A DNA stretch of 64,000 bases, taken from assembly GCA_044347345.1 (NCBI GenBank), contig JBIKUX010000003.1:59983-123982 (forward strand). The letters run 5' to 3'. Under the pieces are notes generated by a model. That model was not told the origin of the DNA and made no database searches. It saw only the letters and a list, made by a program, of their open reading frames with translations. The DNA is from Bdellovibrionota bacterium (GTDB lineage Bacteria > Bdellovibrionota_C > UBA2361 > JBIKUX01). The position numbers and the translations under genes are program-made. Positions 38,795-49,397 of this stretch are shown piece after piece (the first letter of the stretch is position 1; each line of letters begins with the position of its first letter).

Positions 38795-40164
38795 TTAATT
38801 TTCTCACTTACTCGAGTATCTGCATTTTTTTGTTTAAGAGTTAAAAAGATAAGACTAGGTGCAGATAAAGATGCCAAAAATGCACCAGAAAATTTTGCTA
38901 ATAAGGTTATTATGATTAGGCTTGCAATAAAAACTAAAAGCGGTTTTGTAAAAAGTAATGAGCCAAGCAGTAAGCTAGCTCCCACTATAACACTACTTAT
39001 CCAATAAGCCCAGAAAAGCCTCAGGATCCTCCGAAGCGCTAAAAGTAGTACATAAAAATTTTTTCGCCAAATATTTGTTTGAATCCACTGGATGTTGCCC
39101 CAAACCATTCTTTGTCTTCGTTTGTAATCAAATACTTTAGGTGTAAATAAATTACTTAAAAATGATCTTTGTATACTGACGTTGCCTTGAGAATCATTGA
39201 CTTTGCTAGTATCAATAATTTTCCAAACTGAGCTATACCAGATATGGCTAGGCTGATCCTGACGCGTGCGAATAGTAAGTGGGATAACAACATCATCGTT
39301 ATACCAAAATTTTTTAATATCACCCATATGGTGATGATGGTCGCTTAGGTTTGCGCATTTTTTTAAGAATGCAAATGCATCTATAAGAATGTTTCGCCTG
39401 TAAACGACAGTTGCTCCGTGGACGCTAATCGGACCACCTGAAATATTTTCAAGTCGTTTTAACCACCGTTCGATAAACCAAAAAAATGATGTGCTTCCGT
39501 TTACCGTGTAGGTTGGAGAGATGGCGGCAATATGAGGGTTACGAAAATGGCTAAAAGCAGCAATACATTCATTTGTTTCCCAGCATGTTCCTGCATCAAC
39601 TAAGGCGACAAGCTCGTTTTGTCCAATGGTCGGTGGAAGAGATTGTATAAGTGAGCAAAGAGTCTGCCACTTTCCGCGAGAATTCTCACTGTTTTTATTC
39701 AAATCATCGCTAATAACCTGAGCTCCTAGCTTTGTTGCAATCTTGACAGTATTGTCTGTGCAATTGTCATCACCAACTATAATCGTGACTGATCCCAAAA
39801 ATCCCTGTCCTGAGAGAATACTTGCTACACTCTTAACGCTCTCAATAGTTTTTTCTATAGTAAGCTCCTCATTGTGCGCTGGAATTAATACTATAAGCCT
39901 TTCAAAAAAAGGTAACTGCTTATCTCTTTCTACAGGGATAAAGGAATAAGACCATTTTTTATTTTGAATTCTCCAAATAATTGCTGATAGCAGTGGAAAA
40001 AAAATTGTACTCCCTACAATTCCTATAAAGCCAAGAAGAAAAAGTATCCAAGCAAATTTCAGAGTAAGGTTAGTAGTCACTAAAATAATAATGTATAACT
40101 TTATGTAGTAGTCGACCCAATTATTACTGAGGCAACTGCCCACTGCGCAAGTTTCGTACCTCAA
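38785..40164 (-). CDS. GT2-family membrane glycosyltransferase
   Basis: LIPAHNEE, DNCTDNT, VDA, NDD, RRQRM, flanking TM helices; start uncertain. Confidence 0.85.
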   Translation of the reverse strand: MRYETCAVGSCLSNNWVDYYIKLYIIILVTTNLTLKFAWILFLLGFIGIVGSTIFFPLLSAIIWRIQNKKWSYSFIPVERDKQLPFFERLIVLIPAHNEELTIEKTIESVKSVASILSGQGFLGSVTIIVGDDNCTDNTVKIATKLGAQVISDDLNKNSENSRGKWQTLCSLIQSLPPTIGQNELVALVDAGTCWETNECIAAFSHFRNPHIAAISPTYTVNGSTSFFWFIERWLKRLENISGGPISVHGATVVYRRNILIDAFAFLKKCANLSDHHHHMGDIKKFWYNDDVVIPLTIRTRQDQPSHIWYSSVWKIIDTSKVNDSQGNVSIQRSFLSNLFTPKVFDYKRRQRMVWGNIQWIQTNIWRKNFYVLLLALRRILRLFWAYWISSVIVGASLLLGSLLFTKPLLVFIASLIIITLLAKFSGAFLASLSAPSLIFLTLKQKNADTRVSEKIKWN

Positions 40165-41500
40165 GTGCTAGTAAATAACTTTGATTAAATTGTTTTCCGT
40201 TAGATAGCCATGCGCTTTGTACACTGCCGGTTATTATTTTATCAGTGCGGATCAGATATTTGTCTTCTCGTGTAACGGCGTATAGCCAACTATAGAGTGG
40301 AGCTACTAACATGTTGAGGTCTGGAGTAGGTTCTTCTCCTCCACTAGGTGTTACCTTATTGGTATATTTAAATGCGCTACGATTCTCCACCCACATATTT
40401 TCCCATAGGCCGTCAGCCGCAATTTTAAGTGCCGGTAGTATCTTTGGATCTTTTGTAACTGCCCAGTACCTGATGAGAGCATGAGCTGTTAAACCGACCA
40501 TAAACGGCCGAATGTAAGGAGTATTTTTTTGAACGAACCATTGGTCAATATGGTCTAGTGCTTGATTCACTAAAATTGTAAGTCTGGCACGTCGCGGTGC
40601 TCCAAGACGCTCGGCGTTAAGGTATGTTTTAATCGTGTACGCTACTTCTCTGCTAAATTCTGCAGATTGTGTCCACGAAGGTGGAGTGGTATCAGCTGCA
40701 AAGGCCGCTCGTTCAGCTAAGAGAAGCACCGCATCTCGAGACGCAGCATCTCCTTTCTGTAAGAAGTCATTAGTAAGACCATCAGTAAAGTTCCAGTATC
40801 CAGGCACTACGCCCCCAGCTGGTACAACATAAGCATCACGGTAGATACTTTTTGCAATGTTTGCACATTCGTGCCAGTAGGAATCTTTCGTATAGTCAGC
40901 AATTTGTAGAAATACGGAAAGACCATCGTAGTAAACGGATGCAAGCCGTTCGTCTTCTGTTAATGAAGAACCACGCAATCGATCACAAATGAGTCGACCG
41001 GAGGCCACCATATTTTGCTCCCATGCACTAATCAAAGGAAACGGTGGCGTGATAAAAGAGATTGTAGGAGCTATTTCTGGTGAAGGTCTGTTTGTAGGAG
41101 TTGGAACTAGTTGGAAGGGTGTGTTTGTAATTGGAATTAAGGAATTTTTTGTAGGGAGCGGTTTTGGAATTGAAGGTGAAGTTGATGGAGTTGGAAGTGA
41201 TGTTGATCCGCGAGGAAGATCCTCACACTGTTTTACAAGACGGCGGAGCAATTTGAGCGTTGGAGGCAATCTGGATGGCTTGGGAAGCAAAAAGGGGCAA
41301 TATTGTGATAAATGCTCGTAATGTAGAAGGTGTGATCTTGTGAGTTGACGTCGGTGTTTTTGTGATCGGTGATAACTTTTTTTCGTGGAAAATAGTGCAT
41401 GTTGAGTAAGAAATTTTTGCTCTGCCTCTAGTGCTATATCGCAAGTAAAGATAATAGCTATTAAGCCTACAGTTAATAATTTTTTTGATTGTAACCACAT
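40124..41500 (-). CDS. Secreted protein with Pro/Thr-rich linker and aromatic-rich helical domain (possible carbohydrate-active enzyme)
   Basis: Signal-like N-terminus, PTPSTSPSIPKP linker, about 300-aa W/Y-rich domain; first gene of polysaccharide operon. Confidence 0.6.
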   Translation of the reverse strand: MWLQSKKLLTVGLIAIIFTCDIALEAEQKFLTQHALFSTKKSYHRSQKHRRQLTRSHLLHYEHLSQYCPFLLPKPSRLPPTLKLLRRLVKQCEDLPRGSTSLPTPSTSPSIPKPLPTKNSLIPITNTPFQLVPTPTNRPSPEIAPTISFITPPFPLISAWEQNMVASGRLICDRLRGSSLTEDERLASVYYDGLSVFLQIADYTKDSYWHECANIAKSIYRDAYVVPAGGVVPGYWNFTDGLTNDFLQKGDAASRDAVLLLAERAAFAADTTPPSWTQSAEFSREVAYTIKTYLNAERLGAPRRARLTILVNQALDHIDQWFVQKNTPYIRPFMVGLTAHALIRYWAVTKDPKILPALKIAADGLWENMWVENRSAFKYTNKVTPSGGEEPTPDLNMLVAPLYSWLYAVTREDKYLIRTDKIITGSVQSAWLSNGKQFNQSYLLALEVRNLRSGQLPQ

Positions 41501-41537
41501 TTAATCACCCCTCACCAAGGATTTAGTGCCATTGGGC

Positions 41538-41553
41538 AGCAAAACTTAGGCCA
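41538..41553 (-). promoter_or_regulatory. Sigma-54 promoter of the polysaccharide operon
   Basis: Minus strand TGGCCTAAGTTTTGCT, GG-N10-GC, 37 bp upstream of ATG 41500. Confidence 0.72.
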
Positions 41554-41626
41554 TAAAAATTTGTAAGAGTGGCTTGACCTTGTTACGGTTGAGTCTGTTG
41601 AGGGTTTTAGAGAGGATAAGAGAGGT

Positions 41627-42532
41627 ATGTATCCAGAAGAAATAAATATAGGAACACAAACATCAACTAAGGGAATCATCCTTGCCGGGGGTTCTGGTAC
41701 GAGACTTTATCCAGCTACCTTAGCTGTCAGTAAGCAGCTTTTGCCGGTGTTCAGTAAGCCGATGATTTATTATCCTCTCTCAACTCTTCTTTTAGCAGGA
41801 ATAAAAGATATTCTTGTAATCTCAACTCCTAGAGATAGTTTGGCATTTAAGGATTTACTAGGTGATGGTAGTGATTGGGGTATAAGGATAACGTTTGCTG
41901 AACAGAAAAAACCCGAAGGACTGGCTCAAGCTTTTATAATAGGAGCTGATTTTATTGGTGACTCTCCTGTTGCTTTAGCTCTTGGAGATAATATTTATTT
42001 TGGACATGGTTTGCCTGAGGTATTTAGAAAAGCTGCACAACGTGAAACCGGTGCCACGGTTTTTGGCTATGAAGTTACTGACCCGCACAGGTATGGTGTA
42101 GTAGCTTTTGATTTGGAAGGCAGACCGACAGAGATAGTTGAGAAACCTGCTAAACCTCGCTCTAACTATGCTGTAACTGGATTGTATTTTTACGGTAATG
42201 ATGTTGTAGCTAGAGCTAGGGAATTACGACCCTCTCCTCGTGGAGAGTTAGAGATATCCGATATAAATGCCCAGTATCTCAATGAAGGTAATTTGGTGGT
42301 AGAAAAGCTTGGTCGGGGGGTAGCTTGGTTTGATACCGGTACCTTTTCGTCTATGATGCAAGCCTCCCTTTTTGTTCAAGCAATAGAAGAAAGGCAGGGA
42401 CTCTTAGTAGCTTGTCCGGAGGAAATTGCTTTTAGGTGTGGATATCTATCAGCTGAAAAAGTATTAGCTATCGCTAACCGATATCAAAAGTCCTTATATG
42501 GTCAGTATTTGACTCGTCTTGTAAAACAATAA
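41627..42532 (+). CDS. rfbA: Glucose-1-phosphate thymidylyltransferase
   Basis: [43 protein letters not shown]. Confidence 0.97.
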   Translation: MYPEEINIGTQTSTKGIILAGGSGTRLYPATLAVSKQLLPVFSKPMIYYPLSTLLLAGIKDILVISTPRDSLAFKDLLGDGSDWGIRITFAEQKKPEGLAQAFIIGADFIGDSPVALALGDNIYFGHGLPEVFRKAAQRETGATVFGYEVTDPHRYGVVAFDLEGRPTEIVEKPAKPRSNYAVTGLYFYGNDVVARARELRPSPRGELEISDINAQYLNEGNLVVEKLGRGVAWFDTGTFSSMMQASLFVQAIEERQGLLVACPEEIAFRCGYLSAEKVLAIANRYQKSLYGQYLTRLVKQ

Positions 42533-42772
42533 CTAGTAAGGCAAAGGATAGCAGTTTATTTTAGTTTAAATTCAAAAGGTGTGCTTACCAACTATCCTAC
42601 TAGCCCGCAAACCACAAATATCACAAATTTTTAGAGCTGTCTCAAAGGTAGTAATAATTTAGATAATAGATGAATAGTTAACTAAGCTGAGTATCTTCAT
42701 ACTTTTTGCATAGTTAACCTACTCATTTATTCCTATTCTCACAGTGGTTATCAGTGTCCACTGTGTTTTTTA

Positions 42773-43030
42773 TCAGTGTCCACTGTGTTCTTTATCTTCT
42801 TCATCGTCGGTTGTTGTTTCGTGGCTCTGTTCTGTATTAGCGTTTTGCTCAACTGCGCTCGTGTTATTATTAATTTCATCGTTTGCACGTGCTCGAACCT
42901 CATCGGTCGAATCGCTTATTGACTTCCCAATTTGTTCCACTGATTCTTCTACTTTTTGTTTCGTTTCACATGCGGTACATAGCAAGGGAATTAAAGCAAG
43001 GGCTACTAAACTGCCAAAATAACGAATCAT
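42773..43030 (-). CDS. Small acidic lipoprotein, hypothetical
   Basis: MIRYFGSLVALALIPLLCTAC lipobox-like signal from ATG 43030. Confidence 0.65.
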   Translation of the reverse strand: MIRYFGSLVALALIPLLCTACETKQKVEESVEQIGKSISDSTDEVRARANDEINNNTSAVEQNANTEQSHETTTDDEEDKEHSGH

Positions 43031-43144
43031 AACTTTTCTCCAGACTAGATCACAAAATTTAAGACCTAAAAATTTAGACATTATGTAGATGACTTACCCT
43101 AAGGCGCTTGTCATCAACACAATACTTTCAACGTTATCACCACT

Positions 43145-43171
43145 AAAAGTAGACGGGAATAGTGCCGACGA
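43145..43171 (+). promoter_or_regulatory. Possible sigma-28 promoter upstream of GT2-TPR gene
   Basis: AAAAGTAG-N11-GCCGACGA versus consensus TAAAGTTT-N11-GCCGATAA. Confidence 0.35.
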
Positions 43172-43318
43172 TAATTAAAAGATGGGTATCCCTATTCAAA
43201 ACGGACTTAAAAAAGCACCTTTGTGCAAAACGATGGTTTAAAGAGGTGAGTATGAATATATAAATAAATATTTATATATCTTATTGCCTTACAACTAATA
43301 AACTTAAGTGAAAAAACT

Positions 43319-44608
43319 ATGTCTAATTCGTCTTTGCCTAAGCTTTCACTTTGTATGATTGTAAAAAATGAGTCGCAGTTTATCGTACAATGTATACAAA
43401 GCGTAAAAGAGTTAGTTGACGAAATTATTGTTATAGATACTGGCTCGAAAGATAATACCAAAGAGTTAGCTTTAAGTGAGGGAGCTTTACTTTATGAGAT
43501 GGAATGGCAGGATGATTTTGCTACCGCTAGAAATCTCTCTATTTCCTATGCTTCAGGAGATTGGATATTAGTTCTTGATGCAGATGAGGTAATTGATCAA
43601 AGTGATCACGATGTAATTATAAAGTGTATAAATGGCTCTAAAAACTTATGCTATAAATTCGTGCAGCGCCATTATGTAAACAACCATCATGTAAATGGCT
43701 TTATCCCCGTGAAAGGAGACTTCCCTCACTGGGAAAGACAAGCTGGTGGCTATTTTGAAAGTGAGTTAGTGAGACTATTCCCCCGTGATAGTTCTCTTAC
43801 TTTTCGTAACAAAATCCACGAACTTGTGGAACCTTCAATAGTAGAGCAGGAACATTTTGAAATAATATCTCTACCAGTCCTAATTCACCATTTTGGTCAT
43901 CTTGATCACGAAAAACGTTTTACATCAAAATCTCAGTTTTATCTCGATTTGGGCATACATAAGATAATTGATGAACCTCACAACTGGAAGGGATTTTATG
44001 AATTAGGGATAGAGTTAATAGCTCATAAAAGATTTAAAGATAGTGCTCAAAGTTTACTCTACTCAATAGAACTAAATCCTTTATTCAAAGAAAGTTGGAT
44101 AAATTTAGGTTATGTACTAGCTGAACAAGGTTTTTTGGCGCAATCGCATAGAGCACTTGAATGTGCTTATAAATTAGATCCAAATGCTCCTGAAATATCT
44201 GTAAACAAAGGTGTTGCATTTATGAGATCTCGCGCATATGGCGAAGCATCGCAATGTTTTAAAGCAGCTATACGACTTGATCCAACAAATGTTTTAGCAA
44301 GATGTAATTTAGGAGAAACACTAATTTCGCTTCGCAAACTTGATGAGGCATTAATGATTTATGCCGAGGCATTAAATTTATTCCCATCTTGTGGTAGTGC
44401 TATTGAAGGATTGGGGAAAACATTGTTTATGCTTAATTCTTTTGAAGAAGCCTTTTCTTACTTTGAAAAGCTTGAGGAGTTAGGTTACGACAAATGCATT
44501 GCCGCTTTCTGGTTGTGGAAAGTGCATGAGCAACGAAAAGATTTTAAAAACGCAATTAAATGGCATAAGCTTTATGAAGCTAGGATCGCCCACCAAATTG
44601 TATGTTAG
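43319..44608 (+). CDS. GT2 glycosyltransferase with TPR repeats
   Basis: LSLCMIVKNE, DTGSKDNT, WQDDFATARN, LDADE, IHE; C-terminal TPRs. Confidence 0.92.
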   Translation: MSNSSLPKLSLCMIVKNESQFIVQCIQSVKELVDEIIVIDTGSKDNTKELALSEGALLYEMEWQDDFATARNLSISYASGDWILVLDADEVIDQSDHDVIIKCINGSKNLCYKFVQRHYVNNHHVNGFIPVKGDFPHWERQAGGYFESELVRLFPRDSSLTFRNKIHELVEPSIVEQEHFEIISLPVLIHHFGHLDHEKRFTSKSQFYLDLGIHKIIDEPHNWKGFYELGIELIAHKRFKDSAQSLLYSIELNPLFKESWINLGYVLAEQGFLAQSHRALECAYKLDPNAPEISVNKGVAFMRSRAYGEASQCFKAAIRLDPTNVLARCNLGETLISLRKLDEALMIYAEALNLFPSCGSAIEGLGKTLFMLNSFEEAFSYFEKLEELGYDKCIAAFWLWKVHEQRKDFKNAIKWHKLYEARIAHQIVC

Positions 44609-44683
44609 TCTGGTAAAGCGATGTTTTTTCTGAAAGCCGTATCGTAAGTTTTTGTAAATTAGCTCGCAGTTTAGTTAGTCAAA

Positions 44684-45532
44684 TTAAGTATTATTTTTTA
44701 TAAAAGACAGTAACATTTCACGGATAGCTTGCGAATCAAGTAACTGAAGATGATTTGCAGCTTCAACCTCGAGATAACTTGAATCGCTGTTTAATAAATA
44801 TTTAAGTTTTCGAGAATGTGTTACAGGGACAATCTCATCAGCTGTCCCATGGAGCAGTAAAAGTGGAACATTGATTGGAGATTTAATTTGATTTGGACTC
44901 CATTTGTCAGAAATAAACCAAGTTAATGGATAGATAATAGGCCAAATAAGTGGGATGTTTCTAATTTTATCTCGAGCTATTACTCGATAAGATGCAAAAG
45001 GGCTCTCGATAATTGCAGCTTTAATATCTGATCTAAATGGTGAGTTAGCAAGACTCCAAAAGCCAAGTGTGGCTCCAATACTCTGCCCAAATAGAATTAG
45101 CTTAGATGCTGGAAAATGTATTTTTATAAACCTTATTGCCCGGTCAATATCAGTTAGAGCCCCTTTTATCGAGGCACTTCCTTGCGAAAGCCCAAACCCT
45201 CGGTATTCGAGCATAAATACATCAAAGCCTTGGAGTGTAAACCACGCTACACTGGGAAGATGATACGAGATATTTTGTGCATTACCGTGCAAGAACAGAA
45301 TAATTCCCTTTGCTGGAACTGTACTTGACTTAAGAATCCAAGAGTGTAGCCGAGGCTCACCCACGTCAGTTAGGCGAACTTCCTGAAAGGAAATACTTAA
45401 ATCAGTCGGAAGTACGGGTATATGAGAAGTAGGGAAGAAAAAACAACCTTGAATAAAAAAACAACCATTAATTAAAGCTACAATAGGTAAATACCTTTTT
45501 AGATAAACGTATACTAAACAATCAAAATTCAC
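44684..45532 (-). CDS. Alpha/beta hydrolase, likely lipoprotein
   Basis: IQGC lipobox-like, LHGNAQN, YRGFG.S.G, GQSIG nucleophile, HGTADEIVP, C-terminal His. Confidence 0.88.
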   Translation of the reverse strand: MNFDCLVYVYLKRYLPIVALINGCFFIQGCFFFPTSHIPVLPTDLSISFQEVRLTDVGEPRLHSWILKSSTVPAKGIILFLHGNAQNISYHLPSVAWFTLQGFDVFMLEYRGFGLSQGSASIKGALTDIDRAIRFIKIHFPASKLILFGQSIGATLGFWSLANSPFRSDIKAAIIESPFASYRVIARDKIRNIPLIWPIIYPLTWFISDKWSPNQIKSPINVPLLLLHGTADEIVPVTHSRKLKYLLNSDSSYLEVEAANHLQLLDSQAIREMLLSFIKNNT

Positions 45533-45545
45533 AAAAATTTCTCAA

Positions 45546-47429
45546 TTAATAATAAAAAAACAGGCTTAGATGAGATTCGTTACTTTCTTTATGATATCTC
45601 TGTCGAAAAAAATTTTCTAATCTAATACTTGAATTTTGCCCCGTAAATAAAGCGATAGCCAATCCAGCTTGGCAATCGGCAAATTGTTCTTTTCCAAATA
45701 GATAGGAACTTTTTCCTGTAGCACTAACTACGCCGTAATTAAAATAATGAAGAGAACCTAACTCAATACTAGGACCAATTTGAGCAGCATCAAATTCAAT
45801 TTTAGATCCTATAAGAGAGTAAAATAGGGCAGAAGTGTTTTGTAGTGCAGTAGTAGCACCTACACCTCCTTCGAGATAAATACTCTTATCAGTGGGTGCA
45901 AATTTCGGGGAAAGAGAGTCGTAGGCAAATGTTAATGACCAAGATTTGGGACGAATCAACGCATCTCTGGGAGAGAGTGACTTTATATCGATAATTTTTA
46001 ATCTATCTAATTCAGCATCTCCATTTGAAAATGTTCTAATAGTCGTATCTAGTAGTTCTATTTGAGAGCCAAGTTCGTATCCTACGGGTGAGTCATAAAG
46101 ATCGTGGCTTACCGGACGAAAACGTAAATCTGTATAATTTTCATGGTCTACTATACCTTGAGATAGTCCGAGTCGGAATTCGCGATGACCTTTTAACGGG
46201 TCGCTGCTTGGAGCCAAAGTATTCTGGAATGAAGAGCTACCTAGAAGACTTCTTTCGTGAAACAGTTCATACCGTTTTTGCTTAGATTCTGGTTGGCGAT
46301 ATGCAAGGTAATCTATTGCTACATCAAGTATATAAGGCCTTCGGTTAGGCTCGGTAGATTTCAAAAGAAGATTGCGAGTTTCCTTACGCTTTACTACTGC
46401 TACTTTTTTAGCGATATTCTGCTCATTGCCTGATAGGTCTTTTAATTTAGATCTTAGAGACCTAAGACTTGAGGGACGATAAATGGCATCTCCTTCTATC
46501 ATGCCATTTTCTTTAATTATTCTTATTGTTGTTGCAGGAACTATCCAAGGCTTATAACTTTCGATCAATTTGGCAGTTGGTCGAACTACCTGAAGTAATT
46601 CTAAGAGAAAAAACGAGCAGTTCTCATCAAAATAATAATAATCGAAATTTATATCTCTTAATTCCCAGATGTGTAGTAGAAGTTTACGAACTTCATCTGG
46701 GGAAAAATTAAGTGAGTATTCCCATATATCCCGATTTTCGGAGCTACTGTATTTTTTTACTTTTTCGTAAAAAGGCTCAATTCCAAAGTAGCCATTATAA
46801 CCGCCAAATACTCCCTTTAAAGCATAATTAAGGGGGTCTTCGCCCATAGTTGCAGCAGCATAATTTAAGGCATAATGAAGTAAATCCGATGAACTTCCAG
46901 GCGGAGGAGAAATCTTGAGCAGAGTATGCCCAAATGCGGAAGCTGGATTGTTTAAATAGCTTGAGGGAAATACAAGTGAGGCGTGGGTGCCGTTTATATC
47001 AACTAGCCACGATTCGAGTTCAGTGCACTTTGGAGCATGAGCTAGATTAATATCAGAGAGATTTTGAATTAAAAATATGGTTCGAAGTGGAAATCGACAA
47101 TTATATTCTGAAGGGTCAGCCTTAAAGGCAAGTATATTAGCTTTTAGCTCTGAAGTTGAATCATACTTACCATTTGGAGCTAAAAAATACTTGCTATCAT
47201 CTACTAAACTATAGAGTCCCGAAGGAGAAGTTATAGTTGAATGATAGTGCAGTAAAGCTAACCATTCTTTACCATTTGCAAGAACCTTAATATGAGCATC
47301 GTGTTCATCAGCCCATGTGTTGTTTTGTGAACAAAAGCACAAGATAAAAAATAAGCAAAACAGACTGCGTGCTATTAAGCAGAAATTTGGTAATTTAATT
47401 TTATGAACTTTAGGAATGTTAGTCAGCAT
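45546..47429 (-). CDS. DUF4105 (Lnb-like N-terminal domain) outer-membrane protein
   Basis: WLALLHY, CRFP, NPASAFGHTLL, ENRDIWEY, YYYFDENCS; beta-strand-rich C-terminus ending FYY. Confidence 0.85.
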   Translation of the reverse strand: MLTNIPKVHKIKLPNFCLIARSLFCLFFILCFCSQNNTWADEHDAHIKVLANGKEWLALLHYHSTITSPSGLYSLVDDSKYFLAPNGKYDSTSELKANILAFKADPSEYNCRFPLRTIFLIQNLSDINLAHAPKCTELESWLVDINGTHASLVFPSSYLNNPASAFGHTLLKISPPPGSSSDLLHYALNYAAATMGEDPLNYALKGVFGGYNGYFGIEPFYEKVKKYSSSENRDIWEYSLNFSPDEVRKLLLHIWELRDINFDYYYFDENCSFFLLELLQVVRPTAKLIESYKPWIVPATTIRIIKENGMIEGDAIYRPSSLRSLRSKLKDLSGNEQNIAKKVAVVKRKETRNLLLKSTEPNRRPYILDVAIDYLAYRQPESKQKRYELFHERSLLGSSSFQNTLAPSSDPLKGHREFRLGLSQGIVDHENYTDLRFRPVSHDLYDSPVGYELGSQIELLDTTIRTFSNGDAELDRLKIIDIKSLSPRDALIRPKSWSLTFAYDSLSPKFAPTDKSIYLEGGVGATTALQNTSALFYSLIGSKIEFDAAQIGPSIELGSLHYFNYGVVSATGKSSYLFGKEQFADCQAGLAIALFTGQNSSIRLENFFRQRYHKESNESHLSLFFYY

Positions 47430-47568
47430 TTCGAGAGCAAAGGTAACGTAAAGAAGTTCTGACTTTACATTTTGACTAATTTTTTACTTTTTTCGAGGTA
47501 TCTTTAAGCTTATGTTAACTTTAACCAAGCGTACTAACCTGCCTGGTTAAAGTTAAATATTAAAATGT

Positions 47569-48063
47569 TTAGGAATATTTTGCTAATTTAGCATCTGCTG
47601 CTAACACATTTCTCAAGTTTTTTAACATATCTTTCGAGTTGACCTCAGAGCTTGGAAAAATACTAGCAAAATTTTGCTTCAAGGTTGTTGCAAAAGATAG
47701 CCTGTCATCTTTTACTACCCCTAATAATTCTGCCATTGCATTGAGGGTTTCTCCTTCACCTCTAGAAATATCAAGCGCTAGTTGAGTCATGTTAGACGCA
47801 GCGAAAGCGTCACCTTTCCAATTTGTTTCCACAACCCCTGAGCGGGTGCATCCTGATGTGTTAGAAGTCATACCGAAGGTTTGATTACCAGAGGTTCCAT
47901 TTGTAGTTACAGCTAACACTTGAGGGGCTAATCCACCACTTCCGTCAAATAATTTGCTCCCCCATCCGCAGCCACCTATGTTTTTATTGGTTGCAGAAGC
48001 AGCGTTAGTTAGACTCACTGCTATTATTAAGGCTAGAACGGTTTTAATCTGCAGTTTTTTCAT
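47569..48063 (-). CDS. DUF3015-family secreted protein
   Basis: Signal peptide, GCGWGS, TTNGTSGNQTFGMTS.TSGC, DISRGEGETL. Confidence 0.88.
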   Translation of the reverse strand: MKKLQIKTVLALIIAVSLTNAASATNKNIGGCGWGSKLFDGSGGLAPQVLAVTTNGTSGNQTFGMTSNTSGCTRSGVVETNWKGDAFAASNMTQLALDISRGEGETLNAMAELLGVVKDDRLSFATTLKQNFASIFPSSEVNSKDMLKNLRNVLAADAKLAKYS

Positions 48064-48281
48064 AAACATTTCCTGAAAAATAATCACTTAGATTTTGTGG
48101 CCAAGATTTCTTACCTTAGTAACTGAATCTTTCCTTCTTACTGTATCTTAGGCTTTGATAATTGGTCAATTTTGTGCTTTTTTCTCGAGGAGAACTTTAG
48201 ATTTAGTCATTTTTTTAAAAAGAAACTTACCTAAGCGACCTAAGATTTATAATTGTACTATTAAATTTTCATTTCTGATTT

Positions 48282-49397
48282 TTACCAATTTAACTTAACG
48301 TAAGCCAAGGCATGATCTGAGGCTTCTTTTGGCTCAAATAATAAGCCGCTGTCGTAGTTTCCAGAGTCATCTAGTCTGGTGCGGGCATAGTGAAGAGCCT
48401 CTGCTGGAAGCAGAATGTCATCTAGCCAAACTGGTTTCTTTTTATAAAGAAATGTTCCTCCTTGAGAGCGAGTTTCAACATCAGAGGTTAGTACCGAAAA
48501 AAAATCTTGTGGACCACGAGCCATCGGGGTGCAAAGTGGTGCTCCACCTCCTCCAATTCTACAGGTTTTACCATTAAAAAAATTCCCGAGATGTATTGAA
48601 CCCTCAAGTATACGGGCACTAGCACTAAACTCATCACTATTTCTATCCCCCAAAAGAATCAAGGGAGATGTGCCTTTTCGCACTGCACCGTTGTGACGGC
48701 TTAGAATTATTCTGCGTAGAGCTTCAGCCATCACCATTCTGTGAGTTTCATATTCAAGTTGCGCCGGATCTTTCCATCCTCCTCGTTTAGACTTGAAGTG
48801 AAATGTGATTAAACGCAGTATTTTTTTTTCAGCACCAATACCTGAAAGAGTTCTTAGTTGCACCTCTAGAGGAGCTCGCGGAAAAGATCGGGATGCATCT
48901 TGAGGGTTTATTTTTGGGAGTTCTACTCCTTGATAAGTAACGGAGTGAAGGAGCTCTACTTTATCAATTGCGAACAAGAACGCACATCTTGATGCGTACT
49001 CGCCGTCACCATTGACGATATTAAAAAAACGATTCCATTTTTTCCGTAATCGTTCTCGCAAGGTTAATAAAGCTTTAAAAGCCTCTGTTTTTTCTCCTAG
49101 CACCTCTTGAACTGCGATTATATCGCACCTTGCTCGCATAAATCGCTCAACAAGTGAATTCAGTTTTATTTTGTATTCCTCTTTAGTAAGGGAAGGTTGC
49201 CTTATTTCTGAATCTGAAAAAGTTCCAAATAATCCCAGGTTTTGTGTGCAGATAGTTATATCAGGCAGGCCGCGTGGGTCGGGGGACAAAGAAAATTCTT
49301 TAGCTCGTTCGTCGGCTGATATATCAAAAACGGCAAGTAATATCAGAGTCAAAAGCAATATTTTGTAAAATCTTAAAACACTTTTTAGTTTAAACAC
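48282..49397 (-). CDS. Secreted endonuclease/exonuclease/phosphatase (EEP) family protein
   Basis: Signal peptide; TQN, AVQEV, HFKSK, GDRN, LDDIL, SDH. Confidence 0.88.
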   Translation of the reverse strand: MFKLKSVLRFYKILLLTLILLAVFDISADERAKEFSLSPDPRGLPDITICTQNLGLFGTFSDSEIRQPSLTKEEYKIKLNSLVERFMRARCDIIAVQEVLGEKTEAFKALLTLRERLRKKWNRFFNIVNGDGEYASRCAFLFAIDKVELLHSVTYQGVELPKINPQDASRSFPRAPLEVQLRTLSGIGAEKKILRLITFHFKSKRGGWKDPAQLEYETHRMVMAEALRRIILSRHNGAVRKGTSPLILLGDRNSDEFSASARILEGSIHLGNFFNGKTCRIGGGGAPLCTPMARGPQDFFSVLTSDVETRSQGGTFLYKKKPVWLDDILLPAEALHYARTRLDDSGNYDSGLLFEPKEASDHALAYVKLNW

